From an uncultured Candidatus Saccharibacteria bacterium (GTDB lineage Bacteria; Patescibacteriota; Doudnabacteria; UBA920): a stretch of 64,000 nt of DNA. The position numbers were made by a program, and so were the translations under genes. Location: NCBI GenBank assembly GCA_964505635.1, contig CAZDIP010000001.1, positions 116,386-180,385 on the forward strand, in the 5' to 3' direction. Below are positions 48,576 through 59,065 of the stretch, in pieces; position 1 is the first letter of the stretch; every line of letters starts with the position of its first letter. Below the pieces are notes generated by a model. It saw nothing but the letters and a program-made list of their open reading frames with translations. It was not told where the DNA came from and did no database searches.

Positions 48576-50330
48576 ATGGATAACACCGAAAACAAAATTA
48601 CGGTTTTTGCTAAAACAAATTTCCGAAATAAGGAAGTCGCTTTTGGCATAAAAACGGACGATCGCCGCAGGCATATGTACCTGATTGGAAAAACCGGCAT
48701 GGGAAAAACAACCATGATGGAAAACATGGTTATTCAGGATATTCGCAATGGAAACGGGGTAGCCTTTTTAGATCCCCATGGGGATTCTATTCAAAGAATA
48801 CTAAATTCTATTCCTTCCAGCCGAGTTAATGATGTCATCCACTTTAATCCCGCTGATCTGGAATATCCAGTCGCTTTTAACATCTTAGAAGCGGTTGATG
48901 CAAAATATAAGCACTTAGTTGCTAGTGGATTAATGGGTGTGTTTACAAAAATTTGGGCGAATTTGTGGTCAGCAAGAATGGAATATATCTTAAATAATAC
49001 CATCCTAGCTCTTTTAGACAGTCCTGGTAACACGCTTTTAGGTATTACACGCATGTATGTGGATAAAAAATATCGGAAGCGAATTGTTGATAATATTAAA
49101 GACCCGATGGTTAAAGCCTTTTGGGTGGACGAATTTGCCAATTATAACGAAAAGTATAGAACCGAAGCAATTGCCCCGATCCAAAATAAAGTTGGACAAT
49201 TTTTGTCTTCCGGAATCATCAGAAATATTGTTGGCCAGCCTAAAAGTACCATAGATTTAAGGGAAATCATGGACAAAAGAAAAATATTGATTATGGATTT
49301 ATCCAAAGGAAAAGTAGGCGAAGATAATTCTGCTCTATTGGGTGCGATGATAGTAACAAAGCTGCAGTTGGCCGCTATGTCCAGAACCGACATACCCGAA
49401 CACGAAAGGAAAGATTTCTATCTTTATGTGGATGAGTTTCAAAATTTTGCCACCGAAAGCTTTGCGACAATTTTAAGCGAGGCCAGGAAGTATAGATTAA
49501 ACTTGATTGTCGGGCACCAATATATTGCTCAGCTTGAACAAGATAAAAATACTAAGGTTAGGGACGCGATTTTTGGCAACGTTGGATCAATAGTACTTTT
49601 TCGCATAGGAGCAGCTGATGCGGAATTTTTAGAAACTGAGTTTGATCCCATTTTTACGCCAAATGATATGGTTAACCTGCCTAAATACCAGATTATTTTA
49701 AAGCTAATGATTAACGGCGTAGCCAGCGAGCCTTTTTCTGCAATTACTTTACCCCCTAGTCCCGATTATTACACAGGTAATATGGAAAAGGTCATAAAAG
49801 TTTCAAGGGAACGATACTCGAATTCAGTGACAGAAGTTGAAGAAAAAATATCCCGGTGGATGGGGGCTGAATTCCACCAGGAAACCGCGGTGTTGGTTGG
49901 CGATGTTTTGGTATCTCAAAAAACGGGGCAAGATAATCAAACTAAAATTCCCGAGTTTGAAAAGGAAGCTTCCGATGCTGATGACAAAAATTCCAAAGAA
50001 CCAAAAAGAAACGAGGTATTAAAATCTGAGAAAAAACCCCAAAATCCCGTCCAGCACCTAATTCAGGATGAAAAAGATAAAATTAAAAAATCAAAGCATT
50101 CAGTTAGTAAAATAGGACGGGTGAAAAAAGAGAATCCAATTTGGAATACCGTAGCGCAAATTAATCATACAAAAATTAAAGAAATTTTTGAAAAAAAAAT
50201 TCCTGAAAATAATGCACAAACTTCAGTTGTTAACGACAATAAAAAAAATTCAGGCGCTTCGGAAATAAAATTAGGATCTAGCAACCAGCCAACAGTTTTA
50301 GAACCCGGTAAAACTCATCTTATTAACTAA
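48576..50330 (+). CDS. soluble TraG/VirD4/TraD-like (type IV coupling protein family) P-loop ATPase
   Basis: Walker A IGKTGMGKTT. Walker B YLYVDEFQNF followed by ARKYRLNLIVGHQ (TraG-D_C-like). No TM helices. Lys/Glu-rich C-terminal tail. Confidence 0.55.
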   Translation: MDNTENKITVFAKTNFRNKEVAFGIKTDDRRRHMYLIGKTGMGKTTMMENMVIQDIRNGNGVAFLDPHGDSIQRILNSIPSSRVNDVIHFNPADLEYPVAFNILEAVDAKYKHLVASGLMGVFTKIWANLWSARMEYILNNTILALLDSPGNTLLGITRMYVDKKYRKRIVDNIKDPMVKAFWVDEFANYNEKYRTEAIAPIQNKVGQFLSSGIIRNIVGQPKSTIDLREIMDKRKILIMDLSKGKVGEDNSALLGAMIVTKLQLAAMSRTDIPEHERKDFYLYVDEFQNFATESFATILSEARKYRLNLIVGHQYIAQLEQDKNTKVRDAIFGNVGSIVLFRIGAADAEFLETEFDPIFTPNDMVNLPKYQIILKLMINGVASEPFSAITLPPSPDYYTGNMEKVIKVSRERYSNSVTEVEEKISRWMGAEFHQETAVLVGDVLVSQKTGQDNQTKIPEFEKEASDADDKNSKEPKRNEVLKSEKKPQNPVQHLIQDEKDKIKKSKHSVSKIGRVKKENPIWNTVAQINHTKIKEIFEKKIPENNAQTSVVNDNKKNSGASEIKLGSSNQPTVLEPGKTHLIN

Positions 50331-50358
50331 AATTCCCCCGCCTAGGCGGGGGAATTTT
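50331..50358. terminator. perfect palindrome AATTCCCCCGCC-TAG-GCGGGGGAATT, bidirectional terminator
   Basis: Read directly between the convergent ATPase gene (+) and trxA (-). Confidence 0.7.
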
Positions 50359-50360
50359 AG

Positions 50361-50681
50361 TTAAAGATACTTGTCTATTTCTGTTTTAAGTATTTCCTTT
50401 GGAGCAGCTCCGACAATTTCCCCAACAACCTTTCCTGCTTTAAAAATTTTTAAAGTTGGGATACTCATTACCCCATATTGTGAAGCTAAGGCATTGTTTT
50501 CATCTACATTTACCTTACCTATTTTTAACTTTCCCTGGTAATCTTGAGACAATTCTTCAACAATCGGTCCAATAATTTTACATGGACCGCACCAAACTGC
50601 CCAAAAATCCACCAATACCGGCACTTGGGAGTCTAAAACTTCATTTTTAAAATTAGATTCGCTTAATTTAATTGTTGGCAT
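50361..50681 (-). CDS. trxA: thioredoxin
   Basis: VDFWAVWCGPCK active site. Confidence 0.85.
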   Translation of the reverse strand: MPTIKLSESNFKNEVLDSQVPVLVDFWAVWCGPCKIIGPIVEELSQDYQGKLKIGKVNVDENNALASQYGVMSIPTLKIFKAGKVVGEIVGAAPKEILKTEIDKYL

Positions 50682-50801
50682 ATGTGTATTTAAATTAATT
50701 TAGCCTGTTTTATTATATTATCCACATCCATGGTCTTTGTCAATGCTTAAATCAATTATATAATTGTTTATATAAGCACAATAAAAATTTGAATAAAAAA
50801 A

Positions 50802-51758
50802 GTGTTAACACCAAAACAAAATTTTAAACTTGCGGCTTTGGCCACTTTTTTTTTATTTGCCCTGGGCCCGTATTTTTACCCAAAATTTACTAAATTACAA
50901 ATAAAAAAAGAGCCTATCTTAGGCAGCCAACAACCGGCGATTTTGGGGGAGTCCGTCACTTTCACCGAAAATCCGATTTTGGAAAATCCTAAACCCTACA
51001 TTTCGTTTGATTTAGAAAAACTCGCAAAAATAAAAGCAAAAAGTTTTTTAATTTTTAATGAAGATACGGGGGAAGACTTGTTGGAAAAATCTTCGGCAGA
51101 AAAAATGGGAATTGCGAGCTTAACAAAGCTTTTAACGGCTCTTGTGGCATATAATAAATTGAGTTTGACGGAAGAAATTCAAATTACTGCTAAGGATAGA
51201 TTCAGTGTTTACCCCCGTATTGGACTTGAGCCGGGAGATACAGTAACTGGGCTAGATTTAATAAGTGCCATGATTATAAGTTCGGCAAACGATGCCGCAG
51301 TTTCACTGGCGAATCATACAGAAAAATCAACAGGCAGAAAATTTAATGAGTTGATGAATGAGGCGGCAAAAGAGCTGGAAATGAATAATAGCAACTTCAA
51401 CAACCCTTTGGGCTTTGATAGCAAAAATAACTACTCAACCGCTCAGGATTTAAAAAAACTTGTCAAAGCCACTCAAAATTTAGGCTTGTTTAGGCTTTTA
51501 GGAAGAAAAAAAATTTATTCTTTTCAGGACAAATACGCAAGTAAAAAATTTACCGTCAATACGACAAATAAGCTGCTTAGCACGACACAGAATTTGGAAG
51601 CAATAAAAACAGGCTATACAGAAAATAGCCTAGGTTCAATGATTGTGAGGATTGAAGTTAATAATACCAAATATATAATAATTGTTCTTGGAAGTAAAAA
51701 TCGTGAACAAGACGTTTTGCTGCTCCTAAATTTGCTGCAAAATGCTCTTGAATTGTAG
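50802..51758 (+). CDS. D-alanyl-D-alanine carboxypeptidase (PBP5/6-like serine peptidase)
   Basis: SxxK IASLTKLL. SxN SSANDAA. KTG IKTGYTE. N-terminal TM. Confidence 0.75.
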   Translation: MLTPKQNFKLAALATFFLFALGPYFYPKFTKLQIKKEPILGSQQPAILGESVTFTENPILENPKPYISFDLEKLAKIKAKSFLIFNEDTGEDLLEKSSAEKMGIASLTKLLTALVAYNKLSLTEEIQITAKDRFSVYPRIGLEPGDTVTGLDLISAMIISSANDAAVSLANHTEKSTGRKFNELMNEAAKELEMNNSNFNNPLGFDSKNNYSTAQDLKKLVKATQNLGLFRLLGRKKIYSFQDKYASKKFTVNTTNKLLSTTQNLEAIKTGYTENSLGSMIVRIEVNNTKYIIIVLGSKNREQDVLLLLNLLQNALEL

Positions 51759-51808
51759 CCCATTGACCTTAAATATGGTATAATATTGTATATTTTATCA
51801 TTGTATAA

Positions 51809-52846
51809 ATGGAAATAGCCGGATTAACAAAAATTTTTTTATTAACTGTACTAGGTTTTAGTACTGCTTTATTTTTTACACCAATTTTTACAAACTTTTT
51901 ATACAAAAATAGGTTTGGAAAACATATTCGAAACGACGGCACTACGCCAATTTTTTCCAAATTGCATAGCAACAAAGCAGGAACTCCTACAATGGGAGGA
52001 GTACTAATTTGGGGCACATTAACTTTCTTAATTGCTATATTTTGGTTTTTTGGACAAATTTTAAAAATAGATTTTTTTTCTCAGTTAAATTTTTTTTCCA
52101 GAAAAGAAACACTTTTACCACTCGGGGCTCTACTAGGGGCATCTATTGTAGGAGCTGTTGATGATTGGCTTGATGTAAGACAAATGGGCTATAAAGGCAG
52201 AGGGCTAAAATTCAGATACAAAATTTGGCTATACTTATTAGTCGCAGCTATAGGTGCCTGGTGGTTTTATTTTAAACTAGGTTTTGATTACGTATTCATT
52301 CCGTTTTTTGGAAACTTTAATCTAGGATGGCTATTTATTCCATTTTTTATCTTAGTGGTTATTGCGACCAGCTTTTCAGTTAATCAGACTGACGGCTTAG
52401 ACGGTTTAGCCGGAGGAATTTTAATGATTTCGTTTTTTTCCTACGGCTTAATTGCTTTTTTTGAAAGCAAATACGACCTTGCTGCATTTATAGGAGTAAT
52501 TATCGGGGGCTTGCTGGCTTTTTTGTGGTTTAACGTGTATCCCGCTAGATTTATAATGGGGGACACCGGATCAATGGGCTTAGGCGTTCTGTTGGCAGTA
52601 GTGGCATTTTTAACGAATTCTGTTTTATTGCTCATAATAATAGGTTTTATTTTTGTACTTGAGGGTCTTTCTACCACAATTCAAATTTTTTCAAAACATT
52701 TTTTTAAACGCAAGGTTTTTTTGTCAGCCCCAATCCATCACCATTACCAGGCATTGGGATGGCCGGAAACCAAAGTCACCATGCGATTTTGGATAGTTTC
52801 CGCGGTTATGGGCATCTTAGGGATAATAATTTATTTTGCAAGCTAA
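51809..52846 (+). CDS. mraY: phospho-N-acetylmuramoyl-pentapeptide-transferase
   Basis: VNQTDGLDGLAGG and FIMGDTGSMGLG. Confidence 0.85.
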   Translation: MEIAGLTKIFLLTVLGFSTALFFTPIFTNFLYKNRFGKHIRNDGTTPIFSKLHSNKAGTPTMGGVLIWGTLTFLIAIFWFFGQILKIDFFSQLNFFSRKETLLPLGALLGASIVGAVDDWLDVRQMGYKGRGLKFRYKIWLYLLVAAIGAWWFYFKLGFDYVFIPFFGNFNLGWLFIPFFILVVIATSFSVNQTDGLDGLAGGILMISFFSYGLIAFFESKYDLAAFIGVIIGGLLAFLWFNVYPARFIMGDTGSMGLGVLLAVVAFLTNSVLLLIIIGFIFVLEGLSTTIQIFSKHFFKRKVFLSAPIHHHYQALGWPETKVTMRFWIVSAVMGILGIIIYFAS

Positions 52847-52849
52847 TTT

Positions 52850-54412
52850 ATGTACGACATTCTAATCAAAAAAGCAAAGCTAATTGACGGTTCTGGCAGC
52901 CCAGGAAAAATCTGCGACGTGGCTATTGCCAAAAACAAAGTCGTCAACATCGCGGAAAAAATAGAAACCAAGTCAGAATATGTAATCGACGGAACCGGCA
53001 AAGTTTTATCGCCTGGGTTTATAGATATTCAAAATCACAGCGACAGCTATTGGCAAATTTTTGATAATCCCAAACTCCATAGTCTTGTTAGCCAGGGCTT
53101 CACAACAATTTTAATAGGAAATTGCGGCGCTAGCCTGGCTCCGCTTTTGTCAAAAGACGCTTTGTTATCAATCCAAAAATGGCATAGCCTAGGCGGGGTG
53201 AATATTAATTGGCAAACCTTTGCTGAATATATGGGACAGCTTTCCTCTATGGCTTTTGGTTGCAATATTGCAAGCCTTGTTGGATATTCAACTTTAAGGC
53301 GCGGGGTAGTCGGTGACCAGGTCAGATCTCTGGAAAAAGATGAATTTCAAATTTTAAAAAATGCGCTGATTGAAAGCCTAAAAGCCGGCGCCTTTGGCCT
53401 TTCAAGCGGGCTTTCTTATGCTCACGAGATAATAATTAGTGAACTTGAACTATATGAGCTTGCAAAAATTGTAAAAGATTTTAACGGCCTATTTTCAATA
53501 CATTTGCGGAACGAGGGCTCCGAAGTTAACGAGGCGTTAGCCGAAGCTTTAGATATTGCAAAAAACACGGATTTAAATCTAAAAATTTCCCATTTAAAAG
53601 TCAGGAATGAAAAAAATTGGAACAAATTCAATCAGCTGGTTTCTGAGATTGATACGGCTTTTCATAAAGGTACAAATGTACATTTCGACATCTACCCCTA
53701 TGAGTCAATTTGGCAAGTTTTGTATTCATACTTGCCAAAGTGGGCAATAGAGGGAGGAAGAACTTTAATGCTAAAACATTTTGCCGATCCAGTACAAAAA
53801 AATAAAATCTTAACTTATCTAAACAACAGCGGAATTAAATTTAACAAATTAATGGTCGCTTCATCTACTAACCGACTTAATTTCACCGGAAAAACTATTG
53901 GCCAAATTGCAAAAAATATGGAAATTTCCAGCGAACAAGCCGTTTTACACCTGCTGGAAAACGGCGGTAGCGAGGTATTGGTTTTTGAAGATAATTTAAA
54001 CCCCGAGCATATTCAGACGCTTATGTCCCACCCTCTATCATTGATAGCGACTGACGGTGCTGGTTTTTCAGATCAAAATCAAAACCAACTTGTTCACCCC
54101 CGTTGTTTTGGAAGCGCAACTAAATTCATAAAAACAGTTATAAAAAAAGATTTACTAAGCCTTGAGCAAGCAATATACAAACTTACAGGGGGTCCCGCAA
54201 AAAAAATGAGTTTAAAGGACAGGGGTGTTGTAAAAATAGGAAATTACGCTGATTTGGTACTTTTTGATCCGAAAAATATTTCTGACCGCAGCACTTATGA
54301 AAACCCCAACCAATTCAGTGTTGGTTTAGACTGGGTTTTAGTTAATGGCCAGCCGGTAATTAAAGAAGGTTTAACCACGGGGCTTTTACCAGGGACAGTT
54401 ATAAAAAAATGA
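52850..54412 (+). CDS. amidohydrolase-family N-acyl-D-amino-acid deacylase (D-aminoacylase)-like protein
   Basis: N-terminus MYDILIKKAKLIDGSG ... DVAIAKNKVVNI ... PGFIDIQNHSDSY (metal-binding HxH-like region). Confidence 0.6.
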   Translation: MYDILIKKAKLIDGSGSPGKICDVAIAKNKVVNIAEKIETKSEYVIDGTGKVLSPGFIDIQNHSDSYWQIFDNPKLHSLVSQGFTTILIGNCGASLAPLLSKDALLSIQKWHSLGGVNINWQTFAEYMGQLSSMAFGCNIASLVGYSTLRRGVVGDQVRSLEKDEFQILKNALIESLKAGAFGLSSGLSYAHEIIISELELYELAKIVKDFNGLFSIHLRNEGSEVNEALAEALDIAKNTDLNLKISHLKVRNEKNWNKFNQLVSEIDTAFHKGTNVHFDIYPYESIWQVLYSYLPKWAIEGGRTLMLKHFADPVQKNKILTYLNNSGIKFNKLMVASSTNRLNFTGKTIGQIAKNMEISSEQAVLHLLENGGSEVLVFEDNLNPEHIQTLMSHPLSLIATDGAGFSDQNQNQLVHPRCFGSATKFIKTVIKKDLLSLEQAIYKLTGGPAKKMSLKDRGVVKIGNYADLVLFDPKNISDRSTYENPNQFSVGLDWVLVNGQPVIKEGLTTGLLPGTVIKK

Positions 54413-55788
54413 TTATGGAAATTTCTGATTTAAAAAATCAGCTTGTTGGAATTTTTGGCTACGGGCAGGAAGGGCGGGCAATATCAAAATATTTACTGAA
54501 GCACGGAGTAAAACCCGTGCTCTTTGATCAGCGAACCTTCCAGGAATTTGATTTAGTGCTGCAATCAGAAATAAAAAAATCAGGGTTGAATTTTATATTT
54601 GGACCAGATGCTTTTTTGGAGGCAAAGGGCTTCGATGTTATATTTAGAAGCCCCGGGGTAAAGTTAAAAAAAATTAAAAGTTGTCTTTCAAAAAAAACAA
54701 TTATTACTAGCCAAACCATATGGTTTTTTAAAAACTGTCCGGCAAAAATAATAGGCGTAACCGGAACAAAAGGCAAAGGAACCACCGCATCGTTAATACA
54801 TAAAATTCTGAAGGCTAATTTCAAAAATACAAAAATAAAAAATTATTTGACCGGGAATATCGGGGAAATTCAGCCTTTTGAAATTTTAGACAAGTTGGAA
54901 GCCGTTGATTATGTTACGTATGAACTTTCCAGTTTTCAACTGCAAGATCTTAAAACAAGCCCTCACATTGGAGTTGTGTTAATGACTACGAGCGATCATT
55001 TGGATTATCATAAAAATCTTCGAGAATACTTAGGAGCGAAATCGGCAATTACCAAATATCAATCTAACAAGGATTTTTCTGTAATTAACCAAGATTTTAA
55101 AAATTCAAAAAATATTGGCAATTTCGGAAGCGGAAAAAAAATTTTTTTTAGCCGGCAAAAACAAATAAATCCAGGGGTATATTTTAATGAAAACAAAATT
55201 TTTGTTAAAAATATTTTAGGTAAAAATTATGAAATATCGGTTGATAACTTGCGATTAAAAGGTTTACATAATATTGAAAATATTTGTGCAGCTACAGCCG
55301 CTGCTTTATGCGCAGGCTGCAAAAAGACAATTATCCAAAGCACTATAAAAAAATATACTGGGTTAAAACACCGGTTGCAACTAGTCTCCATTAAAGGCGG
55401 TATAAGCTATTTTGACGACTCATTTTCCACTAACCCGGATACAACCATAGCAGCGATTAACTCATTTCATGAACCCTTAATTTTAATACTTGGGGGTTCC
55501 AGTAAAAATAGCAGCTTTACAGAATTAGCCCGTACCATAAACAATTCTGCCAACATAAAAGCCATCGTTGCCATAGGCGAAGAGGGTAAAAAAATCACTT
55601 CGCTTATAAAAAGAAATACAATTACAGTCCTAGAAAACGCGTCTTCAATGACAGAAATTTTTAAGCAACTTAGAACTGTTGCAAAAAAAGGAGATGTGGT
55701 TTTATTGAGCCCGGCCTGCGCAAGCTTTGGCATGTTTAAAAATTACAAAGACAGGGGTGAGCAATTTATTTTTCACGCTTCAAGATGA
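54409..55788 (+). CDS. murD: UDP-N-acetylmuramoylalanine--D-glutamate ligase
   Basis: GIFGYGQEGRAISKYL N-terminal Rossmann. IIGVTGTKGKGTTASL. Confidence 0.8.
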   Translation: MIMEISDLKNQLVGIFGYGQEGRAISKYLLKHGVKPVLFDQRTFQEFDLVLQSEIKKSGLNFIFGPDAFLEAKGFDVIFRSPGVKLKKIKSCLSKKTIITSQTIWFFKNCPAKIIGVTGTKGKGTTASLIHKILKANFKNTKIKNYLTGNIGEIQPFEILDKLEAVDYVTYELSSFQLQDLKTSPHIGVVLMTTSDHLDYHKNLREYLGAKSAITKYQSNKDFSVINQDFKNSKNIGNFGSGKKIFFSRQKQINPGVYFNENKIFVKNILGKNYEISVDNLRLKGLHNIENICAATAAALCAGCKKTIIQSTIKKYTGLKHRLQLVSIKGGISYFDDSFSTNPDTTIAAINSFHEPLILILGGSSKNSSFTELARTINNSANIKAIVAIGEEGKKITSLIKRNTITVLENASSMTEIFKQLRTVAKKGDVVLLSPACASFGMFKNYKDRGEQFIFHASR

Positions 55789-56906
55789 CTCATTTTAAAA
55801 AAAGCAAATCTTTTAAAAATACGAGCCTTTCGGTTCAGTTGCTTATTGTTATTGGTTTTTTGCTCAGTTTTGGGCTTGTTGCATTATATTCCGCATCCAC
55901 AGTTGAATCCTATAATAACTTTAAAAACACAACCTACTATGTAAAGCACCAACTTTTATACGGCGTTTTGACTGGATTAGTCGGCATGTATATTGCCAGT
56001 AAAATAGACTATCACCTATGGGAAAAATACCTAAAATATATTTTGCTTGGAAGTATTTTTTTACTAATTTTAGTTAAAATACCCAGTTTGGGTTTTAGCG
56101 CCGGAGGTGCAAGCCGCTGGCTAAATATTGGCCCAATATTTTTTCAGCCCTCAGAATTAGCAAAACTTGCCGTGGTTTTTTATATTGCCTCCTGGATTAA
56201 TAAAAGAAAAAATTCTTTAAATGATTTTTTAACTGGGGTACTGCCGAGTTTAAGCATAATTGCAATTTTTGCAAGCTTGATTTTATGGCAGCCTGACATG
56301 GGTACTACTTTAGTGTTAGTTTTGGTTGCAATTTCCATGTTGTTTGTGGCAGGACTGCCATGGAAGTATTTTTTTTGGACCGTGGTCAGCGGCTGTCTAT
56401 CAATTTACGCTTTAATTCATCTGGCGCCTTACCGAGCCAAAAGACTTACTACTTTTTTAAATCCTGAGCTTGACCCAAAAGGCATAAGCTACCACATTAA
56501 CCAAGCTTTACTGGCAATTGGGGCGGGAGGAGTATGGGGCTACGGGTACGGCCTTTCAAGACAGAAGCATAATTATTTGCCTGAAGTTATGGGCGACTCA
56601 ATTTTTGCAGTCACCGCAGAAGAGCTGGGATATATAAGAGTAATTTTAATTATTTTTCTTTTTATTTATTTTATGTTGTTGGGTATCAAGATAGCTAAAG
56701 AGGCTCCGGATATTTTTGGCAAAATGTTAGCCTTTGGAATAACAGCCTGGTTTAGTTTGCAAGCTTTGATTAACATTGGTGCCATGGTTAATCTAATTCC
56801 ACTTACCGGTATTCCATTGCCCTTTTTTAGCTACGGGGGCTCTGCCATGGTTATAAATCTTTTTGCTATTGGTATCTTATTTAACATCCTCAAACGTTCA
56901 GGTTAA
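55785..56906 (+). CDS. ftsW: SEDS-family peptidoglycan glycosyltransferase FtsW/RodA
   Basis: FQPSELAKLAVVFYIASW and 10-TM profile. Confidence 0.8.
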   Translation: MTHFKKSKSFKNTSLSVQLLIVIGFLLSFGLVALYSASTVESYNNFKNTTYYVKHQLLYGVLTGLVGMYIASKIDYHLWEKYLKYILLGSIFLLILVKIPSLGFSAGGASRWLNIGPIFFQPSELAKLAVVFYIASWINKRKNSLNDFLTGVLPSLSIIAIFASLILWQPDMGTTLVLVLVAISMLFVAGLPWKYFFWTVVSGCLSIYALIHLAPYRAKRLTTFLNPELDPKGISYHINQALLAIGAGGVWGYGYGLSRQKHNYLPEVMGDSIFAVTAEELGYIRVILIIFLFIYFMLLGIKIAKEAPDIFGKMLAFGITAWFSLQALINIGAMVNLIPLTGIPLPFFSYGGSAMVINLFAIGILFNILKRSG

Positions 56907-59059
56907 TGAAAAACTTTAAAATATATATTCATTCACATAAAGCAATTAAACTGCCGGTTAATAAACACGGCTGGTTATTCAAATTTTTTTATAAATTTGG
57001 CTTATTGTTTTTAACGTTGCTTAAATTGCCATTTTTGTTCGCCAAAAATCTTATAAGATTTTTGTTATTTTGTTTTCAGCTAATAAAACAAGAACTCCGC
57101 AAAACTTCAGTCAGCCTTAACAAGCGTAAAAATATTTTTTTTTCAAGGCAATATTTACAAACCCTCCTAATATTCTTGCTTATTTCGGCATTTACTTACA
57201 CCTTAATTTTGGCCGGTAAGATGGCTGCAATAGGCATGGAGACCAAAAATCAGATAGTCAGTTCTTCTTACCAGGGACTACTCATGCTCAATGAGGCCAA
57301 AAATTCCCTGAAAACTCAAAATCTGGAAAAAGCAAATCAAAATTTTACTTCAGCCTACCATAACTTTCAAACTGGCCAAGATAGTTTGTCTAAAATTCAA
57401 AAAAAATTCATCAACCTAACCAACTTGTTACCTCAAACTTCTGATGCAAAAAATATTTTGCAAATTGCTAGTATTGTTGCGCAAAGCGGTAAAGATTTCG
57501 TCAATTTTTACAAACAATCCGAGGCCTTTAAACTTAGTCCCGTAGGAATAACTTCCCCCGACCCAAAAGCCTGGCATAAACTAGACGGCTCGCTAAAAAA
57601 CATAGAAAGTAATTTAACTTTAGCGGTTGAGTTGTCAAAAAAAATAAATCCAAACAACCTGCCGCGGGAATTTTCATTGAACTTTTTGGAATCCCAAAAT
57701 GAACTTTTAATGACGCAAAAAGCCTTTTCAAATTTCTCTAAAATTTTTAAACTTTTTTACATAATAAACACCGACCAACATACAGTACTATTGGTTTTTC
57801 AAAACAATAATGAACTTAGGACCACTGGCGGCTTCTTGGGCACTTTTGGCACAATAAATTTTGATAGGGGACAAATTGTGACTCTTCATATTAGCAGTAT
57901 TTATGACCTTGACGGCCAGTTGCGGGAAAACATAATACCCCCAACCCCGATTTTAAATTTAAACTCAAGATGGTTTTTACGCGATAGCAACTGGTTTGTG
58001 GATTTCGCCCATTCGTCAGAAAAAATAACCCAATTTTATGAAAAGGAAGGCGGGGAAACGCCCGACATGGTCCTGGCCATAACACCCAATGTAATTATGG
58101 ACGTGCTCAAAATTACGGGTCCGATAGAAATGCCAAAATACAACTTAACTCTAACGTCCGAAAATTTTTTGGAGCATATTCAGTTAGCCTCTTCTGTGAA
58201 TTACATAGATATTACACCCGGAAAACCAAAACAAGTATTGGCTGATCTGGTTTTAATTTTAATTCAAAAATTGCAGGACATGCCAAAGGAAAACTGGCCC
58301 ATATTTTTTGAGCTCTTACAAAAAAACCTAAATCAAAAAAATATTTTAGCGTCTTCACGAATCGAAGAAATCCAAGAAATTTTAGAAGAGTTTAACTGGG
58401 CGGGTAGAATAACGCCGACAGACAGGGATTATTTGCAAATTTCGACCAGCAATTTAGGCGGTACAAAATCAGACATTTATATCAAACAAAACGCTGAGCT
58501 TAAAACCTTCATACAGCCTGATGGATCAGTAATTTCTGAACTAGAAATTACGAGGCAGAATACTTTACCAAAGGCAGAAAACACTAAAAACACTAGCTAC
58601 GTTAGAATTTTAGTTCCTTTGGGAAGCAAACTGCTATTTAACACGGGATTTGAATATAAATTTTTGGAAAATCAAAAAAAGGCAGAATACAAAACTGACC
58701 CTGATGTTTACGAATGGGAAAAAGGTATGCTAAAAGACGTTTTAACCGGTACTGTCATAGGTGAAGAAGGCGGCAAAACTTTCTTCGCAAATTGGCAGAA
58801 TTTGGAGGGGGGGGAAACAAAAACAATTAGAATAAGTTATGTTTTGCCTTTTAAATTAAAAAGCACTGATCGTTACAGCCTAATTTTCCAAAAGCAGCCC
58901 GGGGTTGAAGCCTACATCCTAAAATGGCACTTAAATTTTAAAAACCATTCATTGGCATGGCAAAATTTTACCTTTAAAAACCTGGAGACAAATTCGGGAC
59001 TTGTTGATATAATTACCGACAAAGACCAAATATTTGGCATAGTAGCGACAGAAAAGTAA
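56906..59059 (+). CDS. large membrane-anchored hypothetical protein (possibly DUF4012-like)
   Basis: N-terminal TM segments. NNNELRTTGGFLGTFGTINF resembles the DUF4012 core, but this is recalled from memory and not verified. Confidence 0.4.
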   Translation: MKNFKIYIHSHKAIKLPVNKHGWLFKFFYKFGLLFLTLLKLPFLFAKNLIRFLLFCFQLIKQELRKTSVSLNKRKNIFFSRQYLQTLLIFLLISAFTYTLILAGKMAAIGMETKNQIVSSSYQGLLMLNEAKNSLKTQNLEKANQNFTSAYHNFQTGQDSLSKIQKKFINLTNLLPQTSDAKNILQIASIVAQSGKDFVNFYKQSEAFKLSPVGITSPDPKAWHKLDGSLKNIESNLTLAVELSKKINPNNLPREFSLNFLESQNELLMTQKAFSNFSKIFKLFYIINTDQHTVLLVFQNNNELRTTGGFLGTFGTINFDRGQIVTLHISSIYDLDGQLRENIIPPTPILNLNSRWFLRDSNWFVDFAHSSEKITQFYEKEGGETPDMVLAITPNVIMDVLKITGPIEMPKYNLTLTSENFLEHIQLASSVNYIDITPGKPKQVLADLVLILIQKLQDMPKENWPIFFELLQKNLNQKNILASSRIEEIQEILEEFNWAGRITPTDRDYLQISTSNLGGTKSDIYIKQNAELKTFIQPDGSVISELEITRQNTLPKAENTKNTSYVRILVPLGSKLLFNTGFEYKFLENQKKAEYKTDPDVYEWEKGMLKDVLTGTVIGEEGGKTFFANWQNLEGGETKTIRISYVLPFKLKSTDRYSLIFQKQPGVEAYILKWHLNFKNHSLAWQNFTFKNLETNSGLVDIITDKDQIFGIVATEK

Positions 59060-59065
59060 AATTAT

